The notes under the pieces are model-generated. The model worked only from the letters and a program-made list of their open reading frames with translations. It was not told the DNA's origin and did no database searches. Positions 27,539 to 36,107 of a stretch of 64,000 nucleotides of DNA are shown piece by piece; the first letter of the stretch is position 1; every line of letters begins with the position of its first letter. The translations under genes and the position numbers were made by a program. This stretch comes from an uncultured delta proteobacterium (GTDB lineage Bacteria; Desulfobacterota; Binatia; Binatales; Binataceae), in NCBI GenBank assembly GCA_963842085.1, contig CAWJET010000002.1:288001-352000 (forward strand), written 5' to 3'.

Positions 27539-28291
27539 TCACGGGAGCGAGCGGGCGAGCTCGCGATAGACCGCCGGATTGTAAACCAGGCCCGAGTGCG
27601 TGCCCGTCACCTCGACGTTGCGCGCGCCGGTCACGATTGACGCTTGCGGCGGAACGATCGGATCCTCGCGGCTGTAGATCGAAAGCACCGTCGTCTCCGG
27701 AGCGAGCGAAGCGCGCACGTTATCGACGAATTCGCATCCGCAATCCGGGAAGTTGCATTGAGGATCGAGAATCCGGCGCGCGGTGTTGCTCGCCTGCGCA
27801 ATCCTGCTCATCGTTGGATGCACGATTGGCGGGACGTTTCCGTGCTGCGCGAACGCCGATGCGAGCCCCACCGGCGATCCGAGCGTGATGAGATGTGACA
27901 CCCGGCGCCCAAGCCGCACGGCCAGCGCTCGCGCAAGCAGGCCTCCGCGGCTATGACCGATCAGCACGAGAGGTCGATCGTGCTGCGGCTGTTGGCGTTC
28001 GATCCATTTCTCGATGTCTGACGTGAGCCGGTCGGGACATCCCGCGTTGAGCCACAGTCCGGAGGTGCTCGCGCGAAAGCCGATGCGAGAAATCCATCGC
28101 CGCAAGGGCCAGAGATAGAAGTCGCTGCCGAAAAGTCCGGGAATGATTACGACGAGGCGTCCGTCGCCGCGCGGCACGCCCTCGCCGCGATAGATTGGAT
28201 CGCTGCGCAGCGAGGCGATCTCTCTGAAGGCGAACGCCTCGCTCGCCATCACTTGCCATCGCGATTGTTCCGCTGGCGGATGATTTTCCAT
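27539..28291 (-). CDS. Alpha/beta-hydrolase (lipase/esterase family)
   Basis: IPGLFG oxyanion loop, GHSRGG nucleophile, ITLGSP, YSREDPIV, H.GL. Confidence 0.88.
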   Translation of the reverse strand: MENHPPAEQSRWQVMASEAFAFREIASLRSDPIYRGEGVPRGDGRLVVIIPGLFGSDFYLWPLRRWISRIGFRASTSGLWLNAGCPDRLTSDIEKWIERQQPQHDRPLVLIGHSRGGLLARALAVRLGRRVSHLITLGSPVGLASAFAQHGNVPPIVHPTMSRIAQASNTARRILDPQCNFPDCGCEFVDNVRASLAPETTVLSIYSREDPIVPPQASIVTGARNVEVTGTHSGLVYNPAVYRELARSLP

Positions 28292-28359
28292 ACTGGCTAT
28301 TCCCTGCGCACGATGCTCGTGCGGCGTTTTGCCGGACTTGGCCGCCTTCCAGCGTTCCG

Positions 28360-28383
28360 TTTCATCGAGACTGAACCAGTGCC
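28360..28383 (+). repeat. 24-bp direct repeat, right copy (TTTCATCGAGACTGAACCAGTGCC)
   Basis: Matches 27477-27500 at 22 of 24 positions. Confidence 0.75.
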
Positions 28384-28436
28384 ATATTTTCCGTCAAGGC
28401 TGACATAATCCCCATGTCAGCCGGGGAGGAAGACGA

Positions 28437-29645
28437 TTACTGCTCCATCACGACGCGGGTGACGCCGTTCAGGAACGGATCGAATTGGCGTGCGAGATAG
28501 CCGGCGAGGAACATTTTCGCGAACGCGATCATCGGGGTGCTGACGATGACGCGGCTGAGGAGTGAGTTCGACAGTAGAAAGCGCGGCCCGATCTGCTGCA
28601 TGTCCTGGATCTTTACGATCTCGGGCCATCGCTCGGCCTGGATGTTACGCGCGGCGAAATCGAGCATGGCCTCATCGGAGTGCATTATGAGCGCGCGACC
28701 GAGATGGTTGGCCGCGACGACCGCGTCGCGCAGTGCGACGTTGATTCCCTGTCCTCCCACGGGCGACATCGGATGGGCAGCGTCGCCGATCAGCAGCAGC
28801 CCGGGCGCCGTCCATTCGCGCAGCCGATCGCAGATGACGTCGAGCAGGAATGGATGCGCCAAGCCGGTCTTGTTCGCGACGAGAAAATTCCGCAGGTCGG
28901 GTGACACGTGCGGCGCGATCTCGTCAATCCATCCGTCGGCACCCATCTTCCTGATGTCGCCGAAGGTGCCCTTGTCGATCACCCATCCGATCTGCATGTG
29001 CCCTTCGGGCGAAGGATAGATGATGAGCAGGTGGCCGTTGCCGATGTAGCCGCGCGCGGTGCGGCCGTCGAGAAAATGGCCGGCGACGTGGCCCCAGACG
29101 ACATCGAAGCCCTGCATGATGCGGTCTTCGGCGAGGGCGGCGCGTTTCCGAATGGCAGATGCGCGGCCGTCGCATGCGATCACGAAGTCGCCGCGAAAAT
29201 CGCGCGGACCATCGAGCGTGTCGGCATGAACGCCCACCACGCGATCTTTTTCATAGATTAGGTCGCGCACGGTTACGCCGCGCTCGAGCTTGAAGCCGGG
29301 GAATTTCGCTTTTGTTGCCTCGGCTACAATCATCTCGAGCATCGCGGGCTGCGGCACGACGCGCGGCGGCGGGTCGAGACGGTCGAGTTGAATTGCAGCC
29401 ACGCGCCGCGCGCCGCGAAAGAGCTCGACCGTTCGCATCGATAAATTTGGCAAGGCGTCGAATGGTTGACGAAGGCCGGCCTCGTGGAGCGCCGCGATTC
29501 CCGACGGCATCAGAATCTCGCCGCGGAACTCGCGCGAAAAGTCAGTCTGTCGTTCGAGCAGCGTCACCGGCACGCCGCGGCGCGCGAGCAGGTAGGCAAG
29601 CAGGGCGCCCGCCGGTCCGGCGCCTGCGACGATTGCATTCAGCAT
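28437..29645 (-). CDS. FAD-dependent monooxygenase/oxidoreductase (class A, UbiH/PheA-like)
   Basis: GAGPAG, REFRGE, IACDGRAS, IGDAAHPMSPVGGQGIN. Confidence 0.9.
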   Translation of the reverse strand: MLNAIVAGAGPAGALLAYLLARRGVPVTLLERQTDFSREFRGEILMPSGIAALHEAGLRQPFDALPNLSMRTVELFRGARRVAAIQLDRLDPPPRVVPQPAMLEMIVAEATKAKFPGFKLERGVTVRDLIYEKDRVVGVHADTLDGPRDFRGDFVIACDGRASAIRKRAALAEDRIMQGFDVVWGHVAGHFLDGRTARGYIGNGHLLIIYPSPEGHMQIGWVIDKGTFGDIRKMGADGWIDEIAPHVSPDLRNFLVANKTGLAHPFLLDVICDRLREWTAPGLLLIGDAAHPMSPVGGQGINVALRDAVVAANHLGRALIMHSDEAMLDFAARNIQAERWPEIVKIQDMQQIGPRFLLSNSLLSRVIVSTPMIAFAKMFLAGYLARQFDPFLNGVTRVVMEQ

Positions 29646-29646
29646 C

Positions 29647-30657
29647 TCAGACTTCGCGGGAGATTTGGTCGTCGATCAACGTGGCCAGGCCGTCGCGGTA
29701 GAGCGACGGTTCGAGCTGGCCGACCATCGACCGCGCGATCGCGACCTGCTCCGCGGCCAGGCGGCGTGCGGGAGCGATGATTTCCGGATCGCGCAGCAGG
29801 CCGAGTGCGCGTTCGAGTACCGCCCCTTCCATTTTCGTCCCGTTCTGAAAGAGCGCACGTAGCTCGGCGCTGCGCTCGACGCCGAGCACGACCGGCAGCG
29901 ACGGGATGCCGGCGCGCAAATCGGAGCCGACCGGTTTGCCGATTTTTTCTTCCGGCCCCAGGATGTCGAGCAGGTCGTCGACCATCTGGAAGGCCAGGCC
30001 CATCGCGGTGCCGAGTTTCGCCATCGCGTCGATCGTGCGCGCCGAGGTGCCCGCGAGGTCCGCTGCGACCTTGCCGCCGGCGTGGAACAGCGACGCCGTC
30101 TTGCGATCGATCACTCCGATATAGTCGGCCAGGGTAGCGGCCGCATTGTGACGGAATCTGCCCTCCATCACTTCGCCCTCGGTGAGGTGAATGCACGCCT
30201 GCGCCGCGGTGCGTACGAGATGCTCCTCGAAACGGCCGCATACCTCGAAGGCGCGGCAGAACAGGTAGTCGCCCGCGATCAGCGACGGGCCAAATCCGTA
30301 GCGCGCGAACGCCGACGGCTTGCCGCGGCGCAGCAGTCCGCGGTCGATGATGTCGTCGTGGAGCAAGGTCGCGGAATGGATCAGCTCGAGCGCGATTGCC
30401 GCGTCGATCGCGTCTGCGACTTTCGCCTCAGTTCCGCCGCATGCGCGGTACACCAGCATGATGAACGTCGGCCGCAGACGCTTGCCGCCCGCGTCGACCA
30501 GATAATGGCAGATTTCCGCGATGGTCGGTTCGTTCGAGTCGAGCAGGCGCGAGAGTTTTGCTTCGGCTGCCGCCAGGTCGGCTTCGACCAGGCGCGCCGG
30601 GTTCAACGCCTCGGGCGTCGACGCGGCAGCGAGTTGGGTGGCCTTGGCTCTTTTCAC
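29647..30657 (-). CDS. Polyprenyl diphosphate synthase
   Basis: GGKRLRP, LLHDDIID..LRRG (FARM), KTASLF, FQMVDDLLD (SARM), GKPVGSDL. Confidence 0.92.
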   Translation of the reverse strand: MKRAKATQLAAASTPEALNPARLVEADLAAAEAKLSRLLDSNEPTIAEICHYLVDAGGKRLRPTFIMLVYRACGGTEAKVADAIDAAIALELIHSATLLHDDIIDRGLLRRGKPSAFARYGFGPSLIAGDYLFCRAFEVCGRFEEHLVRTAAQACIHLTEGEVMEGRFRHNAAATLADYIGVIDRKTASLFHAGGKVAADLAGTSARTIDAMAKLGTAMGLAFQMVDDLLDILGPEEKIGKPVGSDLRAGIPSLPVVLGVERSAELRALFQNGTKMEGAVLERALGLLRDPEIIAPARRLAAEQVAIARSMVGQLEPSLYRDGLATLIDDQISREV

Positions 30658-30675
30658 TTTTTCACAGAAATCGTA

Positions 30676-31428
30676 TTAGCGGAATAAATCGGCTTCGGCA
30701 GGACGAATCAATATCTTCGCGCTGCCTTCGAACGGTTCGTATTTGTATCCGCGCACGACGACTGCCGGAGTGGCGCCCGCCTTTTCCATCAGGAGACCGG
30801 CGGCAGAAGCGAGCTCGTCGGCGATGGCGACGACGGTGTGATGCAATTCGCGGCCACCCAAGTCGTTGGTGCCGCGCAAGTCGAGGATCGGATTCATGCC
30901 GGCGATGCCGAGGCAGACTTCAGTAAGGCCGTCGCGCCACGGACGGCCGAAGGTGTCGGTGACCAGCACCGCGACCGTAACGCCCAGGCGGCGGCGAATC
31001 TCGTCGCGGAGACGGCGTGCGGACGCGTCGGGATCTTCGGGCAACAGTATTGCGCGCTCGTCTTCGAGGCTGTTGGATTCGTCGACGCCGGCATTGGCGC
31101 AGACCCATCCGGGTCCGGTCTCAACGATCAGCACGCCGCGATCGTTGCGGACGATTCTGCTGGTCTGGCGCAGCACGATTTCAATCGCGCGCGGATCCTT
31201 CTCCCATCGCTTGGCGTAGGCCTTGGCGAATTCGGAGGGCTCGAAATCCTTCAAATCCACGACGCGACCCTCGGCCTTCGAGACTACCTTCTGGCAAACG
31301 ACAAGAATATCGCCGGCTTCGAGCCTGAAGCCGGTGTGGTCGAGTCCCCTTGCGATCAGCGCGGCGAGATCGTCGCCCGCCCTCACCATCGGGATGCCCT
31401 CGATCGCTGTGAGACTTATCGTGCGCAT
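30676..31428 (-). CDS. cofE: Coenzyme F420-0:L-glutamate ligase
   Basis: GIP.V..GDDL, QKVVSKAEGR, ANAGVDESN, DTFGRPWR.G, ADELASAA, DLFR; no nitroreductase domain. Confidence 0.94.
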   Translation of the reverse strand: MRTISLTAIEGIPMVRAGDDLAALIARGLDHTGFRLEAGDILVVCQKVVSKAEGRVVDLKDFEPSEFAKAYAKRWEKDPRAIEIVLRQTSRIVRNDRGVLIVETGPGWVCANAGVDESNSLEDERAILLPEDPDASARRLRDEIRRRLGVTVAVLVTDTFGRPWRDGLTEVCLGIAGMNPILDLRGTNDLGGRELHHTVVAIADELASAAGLLMEKAGATPAVVVRGYKYEPFEGSAKILIRPAEADLFR

Positions 31429-31444
31429 CGGCGGCAACAGCCTA

Positions 31445-32410
31445 CTATACCTCAAGCGCCCGCAGAACCACTTCAGCCAAAGCGGCGGCGCGCTCGGGCG
31501 TGGTCATGATCGTGTCGGTCGCAATCGCGCGCATCCCAAGCCGTTCGATCGATTCGAGGTAGCGGCGATCGGTGTTGTCCAGGACGAACAGCCCGGCGAT
31601 GTCGCGATAGAGCCGGGCGACTCCGAGCGGCGAGACTTCCAATCCGAGTCCTCGGAGCATTTTATCGGCGGGGCCTTTGATCGTTTTGCCGCCGACGATC
31701 GGGCTGATGGCCGCGACGCGCGATTTCACGCGGCGCAGCGCATCTCGCACGCCGCTCAAGTGCAAAATCGGCCCGAGCGACACGAATGGATTCGATGGCG
31801 CCAGGATGACGGCGCTGGATTTGCGAATCGCCGTGAGTACCGCGAGCGTAGGACGCGCGCTGCTGATTCCACGCAGCTCGATCTTTTCGACGGCGCCGCG
31901 TGCGCGTCCGCGCACGAAATATTCCTGGAACGGGATTGCGCGCCGTCCGCGCAATTTTACGAACGTCCGCACGCGGTCGTCGCTCATCGGCAGGATCCGC
32001 GACTTGACCCCGAACGCGTGCGCGATTTCCGCGGTGACGCGGCTGAGCGACACGCCGCGGCGCATCCGCTCGGTGCGATACAGATGAGTGGCGAGATCGC
32101 GATCGCCAAGTCCGAACCACGGCTTTCCGTAGAAACGCTCGAGCGCCGGCAGCACGTTGAACGATTCGCCGTCGAGTCCCCAGCCTTGCGCGCGATTCAC
32201 CACGCCGGCGAGCGTATAGGTGACCGTGTCGATATCGGGTGAGACGTGAAGCCCGTAAAAGGTTTCGTCGTCGCCGGTGTTAACGACGACGGTCAGCCGT
32301 GCGGGATCGATACGCCGAACCAGTCCCCGGATGAACTTAGCCGCACCCACTCCCCCCGCAAGCGTGGTTATCTGCCGGGGCGGGAGAGGTCGCGATTGGC
32401 CGCGCGCCAT
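31445..32410 (-). CDS. cofD: 2-phospho-L-lactate/phosphoenolpyruvate transferase
   Basis: LAGGVGAAKF, VNTGDD, SPDIDTV, WF.LGDRD.ATH, LPMSD, FQEYFV, PSNP..S..PIL, KGPA. Confidence 0.95.
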   Translation of the reverse strand: MARGQSRPLPPRQITTLAGGVGAAKFIRGLVRRIDPARLTVVVNTGDDETFYGLHVSPDIDTVTYTLAGVVNRAQGWGLDGESFNVLPALERFYGKPWFGLGDRDLATHLYRTERMRRGVSLSRVTAEIAHAFGVKSRILPMSDDRVRTFVKLRGRRAIPFQEYFVRGRARGAVEKIELRGISSARPTLAVLTAIRKSSAVILAPSNPFVSLGPILHLSGVRDALRRVKSRVAAISPIVGGKTIKGPADKMLRGLGLEVSPLGVARLYRDIAGLFVLDNTDRRYLESIERLGMRAIATDTIMTTPERAAALAEVVLRALEV

Positions 32411-33590
32411 TGGGTGCCTTTCTTCCGTAGAGCTTCTTGTAGAGCGTGGTGCGTTCGACCGCGACGCGGCCCATCTCGCGCGCTTTTTCCTCGAACAGAT
32501 CGACCGGCACGAACTCGCCCGAGTCGCCGCCGGCCTGCGCAGTGATGCTTTCCTCCATCAGTGTGCCCGACAGATCGTTGCATCCGGCCTTGAGCGTAAG
32601 CGCCGCGAGATCGACGCCGCACTTCACCCACGAGGTCTGGATATTGTCGATCTGCCCGCGCAGGAACAGGCGCGAGAACGCGTACATCTGGAAATCCAGT
32701 TGGCCGCGCTCGACCGGCGACACCAGGCCCTTGCGATAGAGCATCGTGTTCTGATGGATGAACCTAAGCGGCACGAACTCGGTGAAGCCATGTGTCTGTT
32801 TCTGGATCGTGCGGATCAAATCGAGATGATTCACGACATGGTGCGGACTTTCGACGTGGCCGTACATCACAGTTGAGGTTGTCGGCACGCCGACCGCGTG
32901 CGCGGTGGTGATTATCTCGACCCACGCGGCGACGTCGACTTTCTTGTGACTCAGGATCTCGCGCACGCCGTCGTCAAGGATTTCCGCGGCGGTGCCCGGA
33001 ATCGAGCCGAGTCCGTGCTCCTTGAGCATCGTGATGTATTCCGGGTAGTCCATCCGCACACGCTTGGCGCCGTACATTATTTCCATCGGCGAGAACGCGT
33101 GGATGTGGATCTCGGGGAACGCACCCTTCATCGCGTCGAGCAGGTCGCGATACTTGAACGGCGGCATATCGGGGTTGATTCCGCCCTGCATGCAGATCTC
33201 GGTCGCACCGCGCGCGACCGCGTCTGCCACTTTGCGCACGATCGTTTCGTCGGAATGGTCGTAGGCGTCGGCCTCCCAGCGCTGACGCTTGAAGCCGCAG
33301 AACTGGCATCCCACGAAACAGATATTGGTGAAGTTGATATTGCGATTGACGACGTAGGTAACTTCGTCGCCGATGTCCTCGGCGCGCGCGAGGTCCGCGC
33401 ATTTGATTGTCGCGCGCAGGTCGTCACCCTCGGCGGTGTAGAGCAGCAGCCCTTCGTCGGGCGTCAGCTCTCTTTTCAGAAGAGCGTGTTCAAGCGCGGT
33501 GCGCACTGCGGGCGACGCCTTGCCGAGCAGGGCATCGACGGGAGTCGCCTCGATTTCGTCGACGTAAGTGCGCCAGTACTCCAGGTTCAT
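32337..33590 (-). CDS. cofH: FO synthase subunit 2 (radical SAM)
   Basis: NRNINFTNIC-x3-C-x2-C, EICMQGG, PGTAAEIL, TEFVPL.FIH, NIQTSWVK, GTLMEESI. Confidence 0.92.
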   Translation of the reverse strand: MNLEYWRTYVDEIEATPVDALLGKASPAVRTALEHALLKRELTPDEGLLLYTAEGDDLRATIKCADLARAEDIGDEVTYVVNRNINFTNICFVGCQFCGFKRQRWEADAYDHSDETIVRKVADAVARGATEICMQGGINPDMPPFKYRDLLDAMKGAFPEIHIHAFSPMEIMYGAKRVRMDYPEYITMLKEHGLGSIPGTAAEILDDGVREILSHKKVDVAAWVEIITTAHAVGVPTTSTVMYGHVESPHHVVNHLDLIRTIQKQTHGFTEFVPLRFIHQNTMLYRKGLVSPVERGQLDFQMYAFSRLFLRGQIDNIQTSWVKCGVDLAALTLKAGCNDLSGTLMEESITAQAGGDSGEFVPVDLFEEKAREMGRVAVERTTLYKKLYGRKAPNGARPIATSPAPADNHACGGSGCG

Positions 33591-34786
33591 GATTGGCCTC
33601 CGACAGGTCGATCCCATATCGCGCGCACTTTAGTCGCGACCGCCGGGTCGAGCCATTCATCATTGATGTATTCGTTATAAATTGCGAGCCTTTCACCAAG
33701 CGCGAAACCGGCTCGCGCGCATTGCTCGCCGAGCCTTTCGATATGCGGCCACGGCGCCTCGGGGTTCACGTAGTCCTTGCTGAGCGGCGAAATCCCGCCC
33801 CAGTCGTTGATTCCGGCGTTGAGGAACAACTCGATCTGACGCGGCGACAAGTTGGGCGGCGCCTGCACGTTCATCGACGGGCCGAGCACCAACCGCGCAG
33901 TCGCGATCGCACGCGCCATGTCGTAAGCGTCAGGCTCCGGCGCGTCGGCCATCGCGATTTCAGGCTTGGCGCGGAAGTTCTGGATGATCACTTCCTGGAT
34001 GTGACCGTGACGCTCATGCGTATCGCGAATCGCCGTCAGGCTCAGCGCGCGCTCAGCCGGAGTCTCGCCGATTCCGAGCAGGATTCCGGTGGTGAACGGA
34101 ATCCGCAGCGCGCCTGCCTCTTCGATCATCTTGATACGCAGCGCGGGATCCTTGTCCGGCGCGGCCTGATGCACTCCGCCGCGCGCGCGCAATCGCTTCG
34201 AGATATTCTCGAGCATCAGACCCATGCTCGCGTTGAGCGGACGCAGCGCGCGCATCTCGTCGGACGTCATCAGGCCGGCGTTGGTATGCGGCAGCAGTCT
34301 CTCGGTTAGCGCGATTTCGCACGCGCGTCCGACGTATTCGATCGTCGTGCGGACGCCGAGCGTCGCCAAAGTCTCGCGATACTCCTTGAACGCGACCTCG
34401 GGCTTGTCGCCGAGGCACATCAGCGCCTCTTTGCATCCGAGCTCGGCGCCGCGGCGCGACCACTGGGCGACCTCGTCGGGCATCATCGTCCACGCGCCGG
34501 GGTCGCCGGGGTCCTTGCGGAACGTGCAGTAAGTACAACGATCGTGACAAAGATTGGTTATCGGTAAAAAGACTTTGCGCGAGTAGGTCACGGCGCGCCC
34601 CTTGCCGCGATCGCGGAGTTCGGCCGCCGCGGAGAGCATCGCGTCGAGGTCGCTGTCGGGACATTCGATTAGCGCGATCGCGTCGGCGTCGCTAAGCCGC
34701 GCGCCCGCCAGGGCTCGATCGAGGATTTCGCGAATCGGGGCGTCTTCGCGGTGGTCGGGAGCGAGCGATGAATGTAGCGACGGCAT
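33587..34786 (-). CDS. cofG: FO synthase subunit 1 (radical SAM)
   Basis: TYSRKVFLPITNLC-x3-C-x2-C, LPHTNAG, SMGLMLE, PFTTGIL.GIGE, QAPPNL, DWGGISP, NPE.PWP; ATGA-coupled to cofH. Confidence 0.94.
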   Translation of the reverse strand: MPSLHSSLAPDHREDAPIREILDRALAGARLSDADAIALIECPDSDLDAMLSAAAELRDRGKGRAVTYSRKVFLPITNLCHDRCTYCTFRKDPGDPGAWTMMPDEVAQWSRRGAELGCKEALMCLGDKPEVAFKEYRETLATLGVRTTIEYVGRACEIALTERLLPHTNAGLMTSDEMRALRPLNASMGLMLENISKRLRARGGVHQAAPDKDPALRIKMIEEAGALRIPFTTGILLGIGETPAERALSLTAIRDTHERHGHIQEVIIQNFRAKPEIAMADAPEPDAYDMARAIATARLVLGPSMNVQAPPNLSPRQIELFLNAGINDWGGISPLSKDYVNPEAPWPHIERLGEQCARAGFALGERLAIYNEYINDEWLDPAVATKVRAIWDRPVGGQS

Positions 34787-34832
34787 CAATCGCGTTTATA
34801 AGCCATCAGGTACGAGGAGGCAACCTAGTTGC

Positions 34833-34863
34833 AAAAGAAAACTGCCAACATTGCCTTTGGCGG
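34833..34863 (-). terminator. Intrinsic terminator after the 40-aa small ORF, upstream of cofG
   Basis: Minus strand CCGCCAA-aggcaatg-TTGGCAG followed by TTTTCTTTT. Confidence 0.55.
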
Positions 34864-34876
34864 CAAACGCAGGCTC

Positions 34877-34999
34877 CTAGATTCCAGAAAAGTAAATCAG
34901 CACCGCCGCCAGGGCGAGCGCGATTACTATGATCGGCACGTAGTGACTCTCCTCGACCTTCGGCCACCACGGGAACCACGGGAACGGGTTCGTCTTCAT
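34877..34999 (-). CDS. Unannotated 40-aa small membrane protein (MKTNPFPWFPWWPKVEESHYVPIIVIALALAAVLIYFSGI)
   Basis: ATG...TAG in an otherwise empty gap, single C-terminal TM helix, followed by a terminator; below the ORF-track cut-off. Confidence 0.6.
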   Translation of the reverse strand: MKTNPFPWFPWWPKVEESHYVPIIVIALALAAVLIYFSGI

Positions 35000-35096
35000 T
35001 CTTCAACCTTACGCTTGCGCAGGTTGATGCGCGAATTCCGGTGGCGATTTCGCGGACGCGATATCACAATCATTTCGACTCGCAGGAGGACACGAG

Positions 35097-36023
35097 ATGA
35101 ACCCGACCGCCGATCCGCTCGTTCATACTTACTCGATCGTCGCGCGCGATCCCGACACCGGACAGCTCGGCGTCGCCGTGCAGTCGCATTACTTCTCCGT
35201 CGGCTCGGTGGTCACTTGGGCCGAAGCGGGCGTCGGCGCCGTCGCGTCGCAAGCGTTCTCCGATCCCGCGTATGGGAAGCTCGGACTCGACTTGATGCGT
35301 GCCCGGAAGAGCGCGCCTCGCGCGCTCGCAGGTCTGGTGGCCTCGGATCCGATGAAGGAAGTTCGGCAGGTGGCGATGGTCGATGCGCTGGGCCGGGTCG
35401 CGGCGCATACCGGTTCGTCGACGATTGCCGAAGCGGGGCACATCGTCGGCGAGGGATTTTCGGTGCAGGCCAACATGATGCTCAAGAACTCGGTGTGGCC
35501 CGCGATGGCGGAGGCATACCGCGGCGCCAAGGGTACCCTGGTCGATAGATTCCTCGCGGTGCTCGACGCGGCCGAGGCTGAAGGCGGCGACATCCGTGGT
35601 CGGCAATCGGCGGCGATATTGATTGTCGAGGCGAAGAGCACCGGCCGTCCGTGGTACGACACCATCTTCGATCTTCGCGTTGACGATGCGCCGGAGCCGC
35701 TCGTCGAGATTCGTCGCCTCGTCGCGGTCCGCCGCGCGTACATTCATATGCGGCTTGGCGACGAAGCGGCGTCGCGCGGCGATCTGGATGCCACCGAGCG
35801 CGAGTTCGCGGAGGCCGAGCGGCTGATCGGCGACAATCCCGAAATGCGCTACTGGCACGCGATTGCGTTGCTCGGTCTTGGCAAGATCGACGACGGTCTT
35901 GCGATATTGCGGGACGTCGGGCGCCGCGATCGCAACTGGATCGAGCTTACGCTGCGACTGCCTGCGGCCATGCTGCCGCGCGATGTTTCGCTCACTGAAA
36001 AAATTCGGAAACTGCTGGAGTGA
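35097..36023 (+). CDS. DUF1028 family Ntn-hydrolase-like protein with C-terminal TPR-like helices
   Basis: TYSIVARDP.TG.LGVAVQS, VGAVASQ, RQV..VD, QANMM, GGDIRGRQSAA, DLRVDD; GGAGG SD. Confidence 0.9.
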   Translation: MNPTADPLVHTYSIVARDPDTGQLGVAVQSHYFSVGSVVTWAEAGVGAVASQAFSDPAYGKLGLDLMRARKSAPRALAGLVASDPMKEVRQVAMVDALGRVAAHTGSSTIAEAGHIVGEGFSVQANMMLKNSVWPAMAEAYRGAKGTLVDRFLAVLDAAEAEGGDIRGRQSAAILIVEAKSTGRPWYDTIFDLRVDDAPEPLVEIRRLVAVRRAYIHMRLGDEAASRGDLDATEREFAEAERLIGDNPEMRYWHAIALLGLGKIDDGLAILRDVGRRDRNWIELTLRLPAAMLPRDVSLTEKIRKLLE

Positions 36024-36107
36024 CTGTCGCATCGGAGACAAAAGCGTTTTGCCCCGCCCATCCGCAGGAGTTAGTGTGAGTTGTATAGGCAAAGCCGGAG
36101 TACCCAG

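Noticed and set aside
23970-28400. Prophage or integrative element around the TA module and direct repeats
   Set aside because: No integrase, transposase, phage or conjugation genes in the window
34806-35006. 66-aa ORF from the track in the cofG upstream gap
   Set aside because: Runs through the terminator and looks non-protein-like; the 40-aa frame 34877..34999 is better supported
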